From the NCBI GenBank assembly GCA_032718475.1, contig JAUCBJ010003198.1:1-60666 (forward strand): DNA of 60,666 nt, in the 5' to 3' direction. This document shows, piece by piece, positions 48,306 through 60,666 of the stretch; the first letter of the stretch is position 1, and each line of letters opens with the position of its first letter. This DNA is from Nemertoderma westbladi. Lineage: Eukaryota; Animalia; Xenacoelomorpha. The position numbers were made by a program, and so were the translations under genes. The notes under the pieces are model-generated. The model ran no database searches. It was not told the DNA's origin and worked only from the letters and a program-made list of their open reading frames with translations.

Positions 48306-51218
48306 AGTAATGGTCATAGAGTAATGGTCATATAGTAATGGGAGTCATAGAGTAATGGGAGTCATAGGGTAATGGGAGTCATAGAGTAATGGTCATAGAG
48401 TAATGGGAGTCATATAGTAATGGGAGTCATAGTGTAATGGGAGTCGTAGAGTAATGTTCATAGAGTAATGGGAGTCATATAGTAATGGGAGTCATAGTGT
48501 AATGGGAGTCATAGAGTAATGGGAGTCATAGTGTAATGGGAGTCATAGAGTAATGGGAGTCATAGAGTAATGGTCATAGAGTAATGGGAGTCATATAGTA
48601 ATGGGAGTCATACTGTAATGGGAGTCATAGAGTAATGGGAGTCATAGTGTAATGGGAGTCATAGAGTAATGGGAGTCATAGAGTAATGGTCATAGAGTAA
48701 TGGTCATAGAGTAATGGTCATAGAGTAATGGGAGTCATATAGTAATATGGGAGTCATAGAGTAATGGGAGTCATATAGTAATGGGAGTCATAGTGTAATG
48801 GGAGTCATAGAGTAATGGGAGTCATAGAGTAATGGTCATAGAGTAATGGTCATAGAGTAATGGGAGTCATAGAGTAATGGTCATAGAGTAATGGTCATAG
48901 AGTAATGGGAGTCATAGTGTAATGGGAGTCATAGAGTAATGGTCATAGAGTAATGGGAGTCATAGTGTAATGGGAGTCATAGGGTAATGGGAGTCATAGA
49001 GTAATGGGAGTCATAGGGTAATGGGAGTCATAGAGTAATGGTCATAGAGTAATGGTCATATAGTAATGGGAGTCATAGGGTAATGGGAGTCATAGAGTAA
49101 TGGTCATAGTGTAATGTGAGTCATATAGTAATGGGAGTCATAGAGTAATGGGAGTCATAGTGTAATGGGAGTCATAGAGTAATGGGAGTCATAGAGTAAT
49201 GGTCATAGAGTAATGGTCATAGAGTAATGGGAGTCATAGTGTAATGGGAGTCATAGAGTAATGGTCATAGAGTAATGTGAGTCATAGAGTAATGGGAGTC
49301 ATAGAGTAATGGGAGTCATAGAGTAATGGGAGTCATAGAGTAATGGGAGTCATATAGTAATGGTCATAGAGTAATGGTCATATAGTAATGGGAGTCATAG
49401 GGTAATGGGAGTCATAGAGTAATGGGAGTCATAGAGTAATGGTCATAGAGTAATGGTCATAGAGTAATGGTCATAGAGTAATGGTCATATAGTAATGGTC
49501 ATAGAGTAATGGTCATAGAGTAATGGTCATAGAGTAATGGTCATATAGTAATGGGAGTCATAGGGTAATGGGAGTCATAGAGTAATGGGAGTCATAGAGT
49601 AATGGGAGTCATAGAGTAATGGGAGTCATAGAGTAATGGGAGTCATAGAGTAATGGGAGTCATATAGTAATGGTCATAGAGTAATGGTCATATAGTAATG
49701 GGAGTCATAGGGTAATGGGAGTCATAGAGTAATGGGAGTCATAGAGTAATGGTCATAGTGTAATGTGAGTCATATAGTAATGGGAGTCATAGTGTAATGG
49801 GAGTCATAGAGTAATGGGAGTCATAGAGTAATGGTCATAGAGTAATGGGAGTCATAGAGTAATGGGAGTCATAGAGTAATGGGAGTCATAGAGTAATGGG
49901 AGTCATAGAGTAATGGGAGTCATAGAGTAATGGGAGTCATAGAGTAATGGGAGTCATAGAGTAATGTTCATAGAGTAATGGGAGTCATAGAGTAATGGGA
50001 GTCATAGTGTAATGGTCATAGAGTAATGAGAGTCATAGAGTAATGGTCATAGTGTAATGTGAGTCATATAGTAATGGGAGTCATAGAGTAATGGTCATAG
50101 AGTAATGAGAGTCATAGAGTAATGGTCATAGTGTAATGTGAGTCATATAGTAATGGGAGTCATAGAGTAATGGTCATAGAGTAATGGTCATATAGTAATG
50201 GGAGTCATAGGGTAATGGGAGTCATAGAGTAATGGTCATATAGTAATGGGAGTCATAGGGTAATGGGAGTCATAGAGTAATGGTCATAGTGTAATGTGAG
50301 TCATAGAGTAATTGGAGTCATAGAGTAATGGTCATAGAGTAATGGTCATAGAGTAATGTGAGTCATAGAGTAATGGTCATAGAGTAATGTGAGTCATAGA
50401 GTAATGGTCATAGTGTAATGGGAGTCATAGAGTAATGGGAGTCATAGAGTAATGGTCATAGTGTAATGGGAGTCATAGAGTAATTGGAGTCATAGAGTAA
50501 TGGTCATAGAGTAATGGTCATAGAGTAATGTGAGTCATAGAGTAATGGTCATAGAGTAATGGTCATATAGTAATGGGAGTCATAGGGTAATGGGAGTCAT
50601 AGAGTAATGGTCATAGTGTAATGTGAGTCATATAGTAATGGGAGTCATAGAGTAATGGGAGTCATAGAGTAATGGTCATAGTGTAATGGGAGTCATAGAG
50701 TAATTGGAGTCATAGAGTAATGGTCATAGAGTAATGGTCATAGAGTAATGGTCATAGAGTAATGGTCATAGAGTAATGGTCATAGAGTAATGTGAGTCAT
50801 AGAGTAATGGTCATAGTGTAATGGGAGTCATAGAGTAATGGTCATAGAGTAATGGGAGTCATATAGTAATGGGAGTCATAGTGTAATGGGAGTCATAGTG
50901 TAATGGGAGTCATAGAGTAATGGTCATAGAGTAATGGGAGTCATATAGTAATGGGAGTCATAGAGTAATGGCAGTCATAGAGTAATGTGAGTCATATAGT
51001 AATGGGAGTCATAGTGTAATGGGAGTCATAGAGTAATGGTCATAGAGTAATGGGAGTCATAGTAATGGGAGTCATAGTGTAATGGGAGTCAGAGTAATGG
51101 GAGTCATAGAGTAATGGTCATAGTGTAATGGGAGTCATAGAGTAATGGTCATATAGTAATGGGAGTCATAGGGTAATGGGAGTCATAGAGTAATGGTCAT
51201 ATAGTAATGAGAGTCATA
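48306..51218. repeat. Mixed 14/17-bp minisatellite, ~2.9 kb
   Basis: Interspersed units GTAATGGTCATAGA and GTAATGGGAGTCATAGA. Confidence 0.97.
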
Positions 51219-51219
51219 C

Positions 51220-54200
51220 TAGTTTGTGCTACTCTCTTCCTTTAATAGTTTGTGCTACTCTCTTCCTTTAATAGTTTGTGCTACTCTCTTCCTTTAATAG
51301 TTTGTGTTACTCTCTTCGTTTAATAGTTTGTGCTACTCTCTTCCTTTAATAGTTTGTGCTACTCTCTTCCTTTAATAGTTTGTGCTACTCTCTTCCTTTA
51401 ATAGTTTGTGCTACTCTCTTCCTTTAATAGTTTGTGCTACTCTCTTCCTTTAATAGTTTGTGCTACTCTCTTCCTTTAATAGTTTGTGTTACTCTCTTCC
51501 TTTAATAGTTTGTGCTACTCTCTTCCTTTAATAGTTTGTGCTACTCTCTTCCTTTAATAGTTTGTGCTACTCTCTTCCTTTAATAGTTTGTGCTACTCTC
51601 TTCCTTTAATAGTTTGTGCTACTCTCTTCCTTTAATAGTTTGTGCTACTCTCTTCCTTTAATAGTTTGTGCTACTCTCTTCCTTTAATAGTTTGTGCTAC
51701 TCTCTTCCTTTAATAGTTTGTGTTACTCTCTTCCTTTAATAGTTTGTGCTACTCTCTTCCTTTAATAGTTTGTGCTACTCTCTTCCTTTAATAGTTTGTG
51801 CTACTCTCTTCCTTTAATAGTTTGTGCTACTCTCTTCCTTTAATAGTTTGTGCTACTCTCTTCCTTTAATAGTTTGTGCTACTCTCTTCCTTTAATAGTT
51901 TGTGCTACTCTCTTCCTTTAATAGTTTGTGCTACTCTCTTCCTTTAATAGTTTGTGCTACTCTCTTCCTTTAATAGTTTGTGCTACTCTCTTCCTTTAAT
52001 AGTTTGTGCTACTCTCTTCCTTTAATAGTTTGTGCTACTCTCTTCCTTTAATAGTTTGTGCTACTCTCTTCCTTTAATAGTTTGTGCTACTCTCTTCCTT
52101 TAATACTTTGTGCTACTCTCTTCCTTTAATAGTTTGTGTTACTCTCTTCCTTTAATAGTTTGTGCTACTCTCTTCCTTTAATCGTTTGTGCTACTCTCTT
52201 CCTTTAATAGTTTGTGCTACTCTCTTCCTTTAATAGTTTGTGCTACTCTCTTCCTTTAATAGTTTGTGTTACTCTCTTCGTTTAATAGTTTGTGCTACTC
52301 TCTTCCTTTAATAGTTTGTACTACTCTCTTCCTTTAATAGTTTGTGCTACTCTCTTCCTTTAATAGTTTGTGCTACTCTCTTCCTTTAATAGTTTGTGCT
52401 ACTCTCTTCCTTTAATAGTTTGTGCTACTCTCTTCCTTTAATAGTTTGTGCTACTCTCTTCCTTTAATAGTTTGTGCTACTCTCTTCCTTCAAAAGTTTG
52501 TGCTACTCTCTTCCTTCAATAGTTTGTGCTACTCTCTTCCTTTAATAGTTTGTGCTACTCTCTTCCTTTAATAGTTTGTGCTACTCTCTTCCTTTAATAG
52601 TTTGTGCTACTCTCTTCCTTTAATAGTTTGTGCTACTCTCTTCCTTTAATAGTTTGTGCTACTCTCTTCCTTTAATAGTTTGTGCTACTCTCTTCCTTTA
52701 ATAGTTTGTGCTACTCTCTTCCTTTAATAGTTTGTGCTACTCTCTTCCTTTAATAGTTTGTGCTACTCTCTTCCTTTAATAGTTTGTGCTACTCTCTTCC
52801 TTTAATAGTTTGTGCTACTCTCTTCCTTTAATAGTTTGTGCTACTCTCTTCCTTTAATAGTTTGTGCTACTCTCTTCCTTCAATAGTTTGTGCTACTCTC
52901 TTCCTTTAATAGTTTGTGCTACTCTCTTCCTTTAATAGTTTGTGCTACTCTCTTCCTTTAATAGTTTGTGCTACTCTCTTCCTTTAATAGTTTGTGCTAC
53001 TCTCTTCCTTTAATAGTTTGTGCTACTCTCTTCCTTTAATAGTTTGTGCTACTCTCTTCCTTTAATAGTTTGTGCTACTCTCTTCCTTTAATAGTTTGTG
53101 CTACTCTCTTCCTTCAAAAGTTTGTGCTACTCTCTTCCTTTAATAGTTTGTGCTACTCTCTTCCTTTAATAGTTTGTGCTACTCTCTTCCTTTAATAGTT
53201 TGTGCTACTCTCTTCCTTTAATAGTTTGTGCTACTCTCTTCCTTTAATAGTTTGTGCTACTCTCTTCCTTTAATAGTTTGTGCTACTCTCTTCCTTCAAT
53301 AGTTTGTGCTACTCTCTTCCTTTAATAGTTTGTGCTACTCTCTTCCTTTAATAGTTTGTGCTACTCTCTTCCTTTAATAGTTTGTGCTACTCTCTTCCTT
53401 TAATAGTTTGTGCTACTCTCTTCCTTTAATAGTTTGTGCTACTCTCTTCCTTTAATAGTTTGTGCTACTCTCTTCCTTTAATAGTTTGTGCTACTCTCTT
53501 CCTTTAATAGTTTGTGCTACTCTCTTCCTTTAATAGTTTGTGCTACTCTCTTCCTTTAATAGTTTGTGCTACTCTCTTCCTTTAATAGTTTGTGCTACTC
53601 TCTTCCTTTAATAGTTTGTGCTACTCTCTTCCTTTAATAGTTTGTGCTACTCTCTTCCTTTAATAGTTTGTGCTACTCTCTTCCTTTAATAGTTTGTGCT
53701 ACTCTCTTCCTTTAATAGTTTGTGCTACTCTCTTCCTTTAATAGTTTGTGCTACTCTCTTCCTTTAATAGTTTGTGCTACTCTCTTCCTTTAATAGTTTG
53801 TGCTACTCTCTTCCTTTAATAGTTTGTGCTACTCTCTTCCTTTAATAGTTTGTGCTACTCTCTTCCTTTAATAGTTTGTGCTACTCTCTTCCTTTAATAG
53901 TTTGTGCTACTCTCTTCCTTTAATAGTTTGTGCTACTCTCTTCCTTTAATAGTTTGTGCTACTCTCTTCCTTTAATAGTTTGTGCTACTCTCTTCCTTTA
54001 ATAGTTTGTGCTACTCTCTTCCTTTAATAGTTTGTGCTACTCTCTTCCTTTAATAGTTTGTGCTACTCTCTTCCTTTAATAGTTTGTGCTACTCTCTTCC
54101 TTTAATAGTTTGTGCTACTCTCTTCCTTTAATAGTTTGTGCTACTCTCTTCCTTTAATAGTTTGTGCTACTCTCTTCCTTTAATAGTTTGTGCTACTCTC

Positions 54201-57200
54201 TTCCTTTAATAGTTTGTGCTACTCTCTTCCTTTAATAGTTTGTGCTACTCTCTTCCTTTAATAGTTTGTGCTACTCTCTTCCTTTAATAGTTTGTGCTAC
54301 TCTCTTCCTTTAATAGTTTGTGCTACTCTCTTCCTTTAATAGTTTGTGCTACTCTCTTCCTTTAATAGTTTGTGCTACTCTCTTCCTTTAATAGTTTGTG
54401 CTACTCTCTTCCTTTAATAGTTTGTGCTACTCTCTTCCTTTAATAGTTTGTGCTACTCTCTTCCTTTAATAGTTTGTGCTACTCTCTTCCTTTAATAGTT
54501 TGTGCTACTCTCTTCCTTTAATAGTTTGTGCTACTCTCTTCCTTTAATAGTTTGTGCTACTCTCTTCCTTTAATAGTTTGTGCTACTCTCTTCCTTTAAT
54601 AGTTTGTGCTACTCTCTTCCTTTAATAGTTTGTGCTACTCTCTTCCTTTAATAGTTTGTGCTACTCTCTTCCTTTAATAGTTTGTGCTACTCTCTTCCTT
54701 TAATAGTTTGTGCTACTCTCTTCCTTTAATAGTTTGTGCTACTCTCTTCCTTTAATAGTTTGTGCTACTCTCTTCCTTTAATAGTTTGTGCTACTCTCTT
54801 CCTTTAATAGTTTGTGCTACTCTCTTCCTTTAATAGTTTGTGCTACTCTCTTCCTTTAATAGTTTGTGCTACTCTCTTCCTTTAATAGTTTGTGCTACTC
54901 TCTTCCTTTAATAGTTTGTGCTACTCTCTTCCTTTAATAGTTTGTGCTACTCTCTTCCTTTAATAGTTTGTGCTACTCTCTTCCTTTAATAGTTTGTGCT
55001 ACTCTCTTCCTTTAATAGTTTGTGCTACTCTCTTCCTTTAATAGTTTGTGCTACTCTCTTCCTTTAATAGTTTGTGCTACTCTCTTCCTTTAATAGTTTG
55101 TGCTACTCTCTTCCTTTAATAGTTTGTGCTACTCTCTTCCTTTAATAGTTTGTGCTACTCTCTTCCTTTAATAGTTTGTGCTACTCTCTTCCTTTAATAG
55201 TTTGTGCTACTCTCTTCCTTTAATAGTTTGTGCTACTCTCTTCCTTTAATAGTTTGTGCTACTCTCTTCCTTTAATAGTTTGTGCTACTCTCTTCCTTTA
55301 ATAGTTTGTGCTACTCTCTTCCTTTAATAGTTTGTGCTACTCTCTTCCTTTAATAGTTTGTGCTACTCTCTTCCTTTAATAGTTTGTGCTACTCTCTTCC
55401 TTTAATAGTTTGTGCTACTCTCTTCCTTTAATAGTTTGTGCTACTCTCTTCCTTTAATAGTTTGTGCTACTCTCTTCCTTTAATAGTTTGTGCTACTCTC
55501 TTCCTTTAATAGTTTGTGCTACTCTCTTCCTTTAATAGTTTGTGCTACTCTCTTCCTTTAATAGTTTGTGCTACTCTCTTCCTTTAATAGTTTGTGCTAC
55601 TCTCTTCCTTTAATAGTTTGTGCTACTCTCTTCCTTTAATAGTTTGTGCTACTCTCTTCCTTTAATAGTTTGTGCTACTCTCTTCCTTTAATAGTTTGTG
55701 CTACTCTCTTCCTTTAATAGTTTGTGCTACTCTCTTCCTTTAATAGTTTGTGCTACTCTCTTCCTTTAATAGTTTGTGCTACTCTCTTCCTTTAATAGTT
55801 TGTGCTACTCTCTTCCTTTAATAGTTTGTGCTACTCTCTTCCTTTAATAGTTTGTGCTACTCTCTTCCTTTAATAGTTTGTGCTACTCTCTTCCTTTAAT
55901 AGTTTGTGCTACTCTCTTCCTTTAATAGTTTGTGCTACTCTCTTCCTTTAATAGTTTGTGCTACTCTCTTCCTTTAATAGTTTGTGCTACTCTCTTCCTT
56001 TAATAGTTTGTGCTACTCTCTTCCTTTAATAGTTTGTGCTACTCTCTTCCTTTAATAGTTTGTGCTACTCTCTTCCTTTAATAGTTTGTGCTACTCTCTT
56101 CCTTTAATAGTTTGTGCTACTCTCTTCCTTTAATAGTTTGTGCTACTCTCTTCCTTTAATAGTTTGTGCTACTCTCTTCCTTTAATAGTTTGTGCTACTC
56201 TCTTCCTTTAATAGTTTGTGCTACTCTCTTCCTTTAATAGTTTGTGCTACTCTCTTCCTTTAATAGTTTGTGCTACTCTCTTCCTTTAATAGTTTGTGCT
56301 ACTCTCTTCCTTTAATAGTTTGTGCTACTCTCTTCCTTTAATAGTTTGTGCTACTCTCTTCCTTTAATAGTTTGTGCTACTCTCTTCCTTTAATAGTTTG
56401 TGCTACTCTCTTCCTTTAATAGTTTGTGCTACTCTCTTCCTTTAATAGTTTGTGCTACTCTCTTCCTTTAATAGTTTGTGCTACTCTCTTCCTTTAATAG
56501 TTTGTGCTACTCTCTTCCTTTAATAGTTTGTGCTACTCTCTTCCTTTAATAGTTTGTGCTACTCTCTTCCTTTAATAGTTTGTGCTACTCTCTTCCTTTA
56601 ATAGTTTGTGCTACTCTCTTCCTTTAATAGTTTGTGCTACTCTCTTCCTTTAATAGTTTGTGCTACTCTCTTCCTTTAATAGTTTGTGCTACTCTCTTCC
56701 TTTAATAGTTTGTGCTACTCTCTTCCTTTAATAGTTTGTGCTACTCTCTTCCTTTAATAGTTTGTGCTACTCTCTTCCTTTAATAGTTTGTGCTACTCTC
56801 TTCCTTTAATAGTTTGTGCTACTCTCTTCCTTTAATAGTTTGTGCTACTCTCTTCCTTTAATAGTTTGTGCTACTCTCTTCCTTTAATAGTTTGTGCTAC
56901 TCTCTTCCTTTAATAGTTTGTGCTACTCTCTTCCTTTAATAGTTTGTGCTACTCTCTTCCTTTAATAGTTTGTGCTACTCTCTTCCTTTAATAGTTTGTG
57001 CTACTCTCTTCCTTTAATAGTTTGTGCTACTCTCTTCCTTTAATAGTTTGTGCTACTCTCTTCCTTTAATAGTTTGTGCTACTCTCTTCCTTTAATAGTT
57101 TGTGCTACTCTCTTCCTTTAATAGTTTGTGCTACTCTCTTCCTTTAATAGTTTGTGCTACTCTCTTCCTTTAATAGTTTGTGCTACTCTCTTCCTTTAAT

Positions 57201-60200
57201 AGTTTGTGCTACTCTCTTCCTTTAATAGTTTGTGCTACTCTCTTCCTTTAATAGTTTGTGCTACTCTCTTCCTTTAATAGTTTGTGCTACTCTCTTCCTT
57301 TAATAGTTTGTGCTACTCTCTTCCTTTAATAGTTTGTGCTACTCTCTTCCTTTAATAGTTTGTGCTACTCTCTTCCTTTAATAGTTTGTGCTACTCTCTT
57401 CCTTTAATAGTTTGTGCTACTCTCTTCCTTTAATAGTTTGTGCTACTCTCTTCCTTTAATAGTTTGTGCTACTCTCTTCCTTTAATAGTTTGTGCTACTC
57501 TCTTCCTTTAATAGTTTGTGCTACTCTCTTCCTTTAATAGTTTGTGCTACTCTCTTCCTTTAATAGTTTGTGCTACTCTCTTCCTTTAATAGTTTGTGCT
57601 ACTCTCTTCCTTTAATAGTTTGTGCTACTCTCTTCCTTTAATAGTTTGTGCTACTCTCTTCCTTTAATAGTTTGTGCTACTCTCTTCCTTTAATAGTTTG
57701 TGCTACTCTCTTCCTTTAATAGTTTGTGCTACTCTCTTCCTTTAATAGTTTGTGCTACTCTCTTCCTTTAATAGTTTGTGCTACTCTCTTCCTTTAATAG
57801 TTTGTGCTACTCTCTTCCTTTAATAGTTTGTGCTACTCTCTTCCTTTAATAGTTTGTGCTACTCTCTTCCTTTAATAGTTTGTGCTACTCTCTTCCTTTA
57901 ATAGTTTGTGCTACTCTCTTCCTTTAATAGTTTGTGCTACTCTCTTCCTTTAATAGTTTGTGCTACTCTCTTCCTTTAATAGTTTGTGCTACTCTCTTCC
58001 TTTAATAGTTTGTGCTACTCTCTTCCTTTAATAGTTTGTGCTACTCTCTTCCTTTAATAGTTTGTGCTACTCTCTTCCTTTAATAGTTTGTGCTACTCTC
58101 TTCCTTTAATAGTTTGTGCTACTCTCTTCCTTTAATAGTTTGTGCTACTCTCTTCCTTTAATAGTTTGTGCTACTCTCTTCCTTTAATAGTTTGTGCTAC
58201 TCTCTTCCTTTAATAGTTTGTGCTACTCTCTTCCTTTAATAGTTTGTGCTACTCTCTTCCTTTAATAGTTTGTGCTACTCTCTTCCTTTAATAGTTTGTG
58301 CTACTCTCTTCCTTTAATAGTTTGTGCTACTCTCTTCCTTTAATAGTTTGTGCTACTCTCTTCCTTTAATAGTTTGTGCTACTCTCTTCCTTTAATAGTT
58401 TGTGCTACTCTCTTCCTTTAATAGTTTGTGCTACTCTCTTCCTTTAATAGTTTGTGCTACTCTCTTCCTTTAATAGTTTGTGCTACTCTCTTCCTTTAAT
58501 AGTTTGTGCTACTCTCTTCCTTTAATAGTTTGTGCTACTCTCTTCCTTTAATAGTTTGTGCTACTCTCTTCCTTTAATAGTTTGTGCTACTCTCTTCCTT
58601 TAATAGTTTGTGCTACTCTCTTCCTTTAATAGTTTGTGCTACTCTCTTCCTTTAATAGTTTGTGCTACTCTCTTCCTTTAATAGTTTGTGCTACTCTCTT
58701 CCTTTAATAGTTTGTGCTACTCTCTTCCTTTAATAGTTTGTGCTACTCTCTTCCTTTAATAGTTTGTGCTACTCTCTTCCTTTAATAGTTTGTGCTACTC
58801 TCTTCCTTTAATAGTTTGTGCTACTCTCTTCCTTTAATAGTTTGTGCTACTCTCTTCCTTTAATAGTTTGTGCTACTCTCTTCCTTTAATAGTTTGTGCT
58901 ACTCTCTTCCTTTAATAGTTTGTGCTACTCTCTTCCTTTAATAGTTTGTGCTACTCTCTTCCTTTAATAGTTTGTGCTACTCTCTTCCTTTAATAGTTTG
59001 TGCTACTCTCTTCCTTTAATAGTTTGTGCTACTCTCTTCCTTTAATAGTTTGTGCTACTCTCTTCCTTTAATAGTTTGTGCTACTCTCTTCCTTTAATAG
59101 TTTGTGCTACTCTCTTCCTTTAATAGTTTGTGCTACTCTCTTCCTTTAATAGTTTGTGCTACTCTCTTCCTTTAATAGTTTGTGCTACTCTCTTCCTTTA
59201 ATAGTTTGTGCTACTCTCTTCCTTTAATAGTTTGTGCTACTCTCTTCCTTTAATAGTTTGTGCTACTCTCTTCCTTTAATAGTTTGTGCTACTCTCTTCC
59301 TTTAATAGTTTGTGCTACTCTCTTCCTTTAATAGTTTGTGCTACTCTCTTCCTTTAATAGTTTGTGCTACTCTCTTCCTTTAATAGTTTGTGCTACTCTC
59401 TTCCTTTAATAGTTTGTGCTACTCTCTTCCTTTAATAGTTTGTGCTACTCTCTTCCTTTAATAGTTTGTGCTACTCTCTTCCTTTAATAGTTTGTGCTAC
59501 TCTCTTCCTTTAATAGTTTGTGCTACTCTCTTCCTTTAATAGTTTGTGCTACTCTCTTCCTTTAATAGTTTGTGCTACTCTCTTCCTTTAATAGTTTGTG
59601 CTACTCTCTTCCTTTAATAGTTTGTGCTACTCTCTTCCTTTAATAGTTTGTGCTACTCTCTTCCTTTAATAGTTTGTGCTACTCTCTTCCTTTAATAGTT
59701 TGTGCTACTCTCTTCCTTTAATAGTTTGTGCTACTCTCTTCCTTTAATAGTTTGTGCTACTCTCTTCCTTTAATAGTTTGTGCTACTCTCTTCCTTTAAT
59801 AGTTTGTGCTACTCTCTTCCTTTAATAGTTTGTGCTACTCTCTTCCTTTAATAGTTTGTGCTACTCTCTTCCTTTAATAGTTTGTGCTACTCTCTTCCTT
59901 TAATAGTTTGTGCTACTCTCTTCCTTTAATAGTTTGTGCTACTCTCTTCCTTTAATAGTTTGTGCTACTCTCTTCCTTTAATAGTTTGTGCTACTCTCTT
60001 CCTTTAATAGTTTGTGCTACTCTCTTCCTTTAATAGTTTGTGCTACTCTCTTCCTTTAATAGTTTGTGCTACTCTCTTCCTTTAATAGTTTGTGCTACTC
60101 TCTTCCTTTAATAGTTTGTGCTACTCTCTTCCTTTAATAGTTTGTGCTACTCTCTTCCTTTAATAGTTTGTGCTACTCTCTTCCTTTAATAGTTTGTGCT

Positions 60201-60666
60201 ACTCTCTTCCTTTAATAGTTGTGCTACTCTCTTCCTTTAATAGTTTGTGCTACTCTCTTCCTTTAATAGTTTGTGCTACTCTCTTCCTTTAATAGTTTGT
60301 GCTACTCTCTTCCTTTAATAGTTTGTGCTACTCTCTTCCTTTAATAGTTTGTGCTACTCTCTTCCTTTAATAGTTTGTGCTACTCTCTTCCTTTAATAGT
60401 TTGTGCTACTCTCTTCCTTTAATAGTTTGTGCTACTCTCTTCCTTTAATAGTTTGTGCTACTCTCTTCCTTTAATAGTTTGTGCTACTCTCTTCCTTTAA
60501 TAGTTTGTGCTACTCTCTTCCTTTAATAGTTTGTGCTACTCTCTTCCTTTAATAGTTTGTGCTACTCTCTTCCTTTAATAGTTTGTGCTACTCTCTTCCT
60601 TTAATAGTTTGTGCTACTCTCTTCCTTTAATAGTTTGTGCTACTCTCTTCCTTCAAAAGTTTGTGC
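51220..60666. repeat. 26-bp satellite, >360 copies, cut by the window end
   Basis: Unit ATAGTTTGTGCTACTCTCTTCCTTTA; essentially invariant from ~53.3 kb onward. Confidence 0.98.

Noticed and set aside
975-60666. CRISPR-like arrays
   Set aside because: All arrays are head-to-tail repeats without unique spacers, there are no cas genes and the context is eukaryotic.
48306-60666. Telomeric repeat or chromosome end
   Set aside because: No TTAGGG-type unit, and the host gene's last visible exon ends in a donor, which implies the gene continues.

Overview
Eukaryotic (animal-like, AT-rich, intron-rich) genomic DNA; no prokaryotic features. It holds two spliced genes. (1) A minus-strand gene at ~195-2100 whose exons splice in frame to give a calbindin/secretagogin-like EF-hand pair, a Gly/Ser linker and what looks like the start of an intermediate-filament coil 1A; it runs off the left edge. 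(2) A plus-strand coiled-coil gene with 8 phase-compatible exons from 5939 to 48262, one segment resembling TAX1BP1/CALCOCO; both of its ends are missing. Roughly half of the window is 12 different tandem arrays (units 14-46 bp). The rest is mostly nested transposons: a degraded ~18-kb LINE (Ulp1-like motif and RRM-like ORF1, APE endonuclease, RT), two RTE-type copies (one in an L2/CR1 element with a 39-bp TSD), tRNA-derived SINEs and foldback MITEs. The LINE ORF2 has spawned a 7.2-kb 42-bp satellite from its own codons and carries an Academ (AcademX-type) DNA transposon with TAG...CTA ends and a CTA TSD. The long ORFs in the track at 3168-4688, 15364-19231, 25864-27055, 28168-30042 and 35905-37316 are repeat artefacts. 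All family assignments are by motif recognition only; no searches were run.
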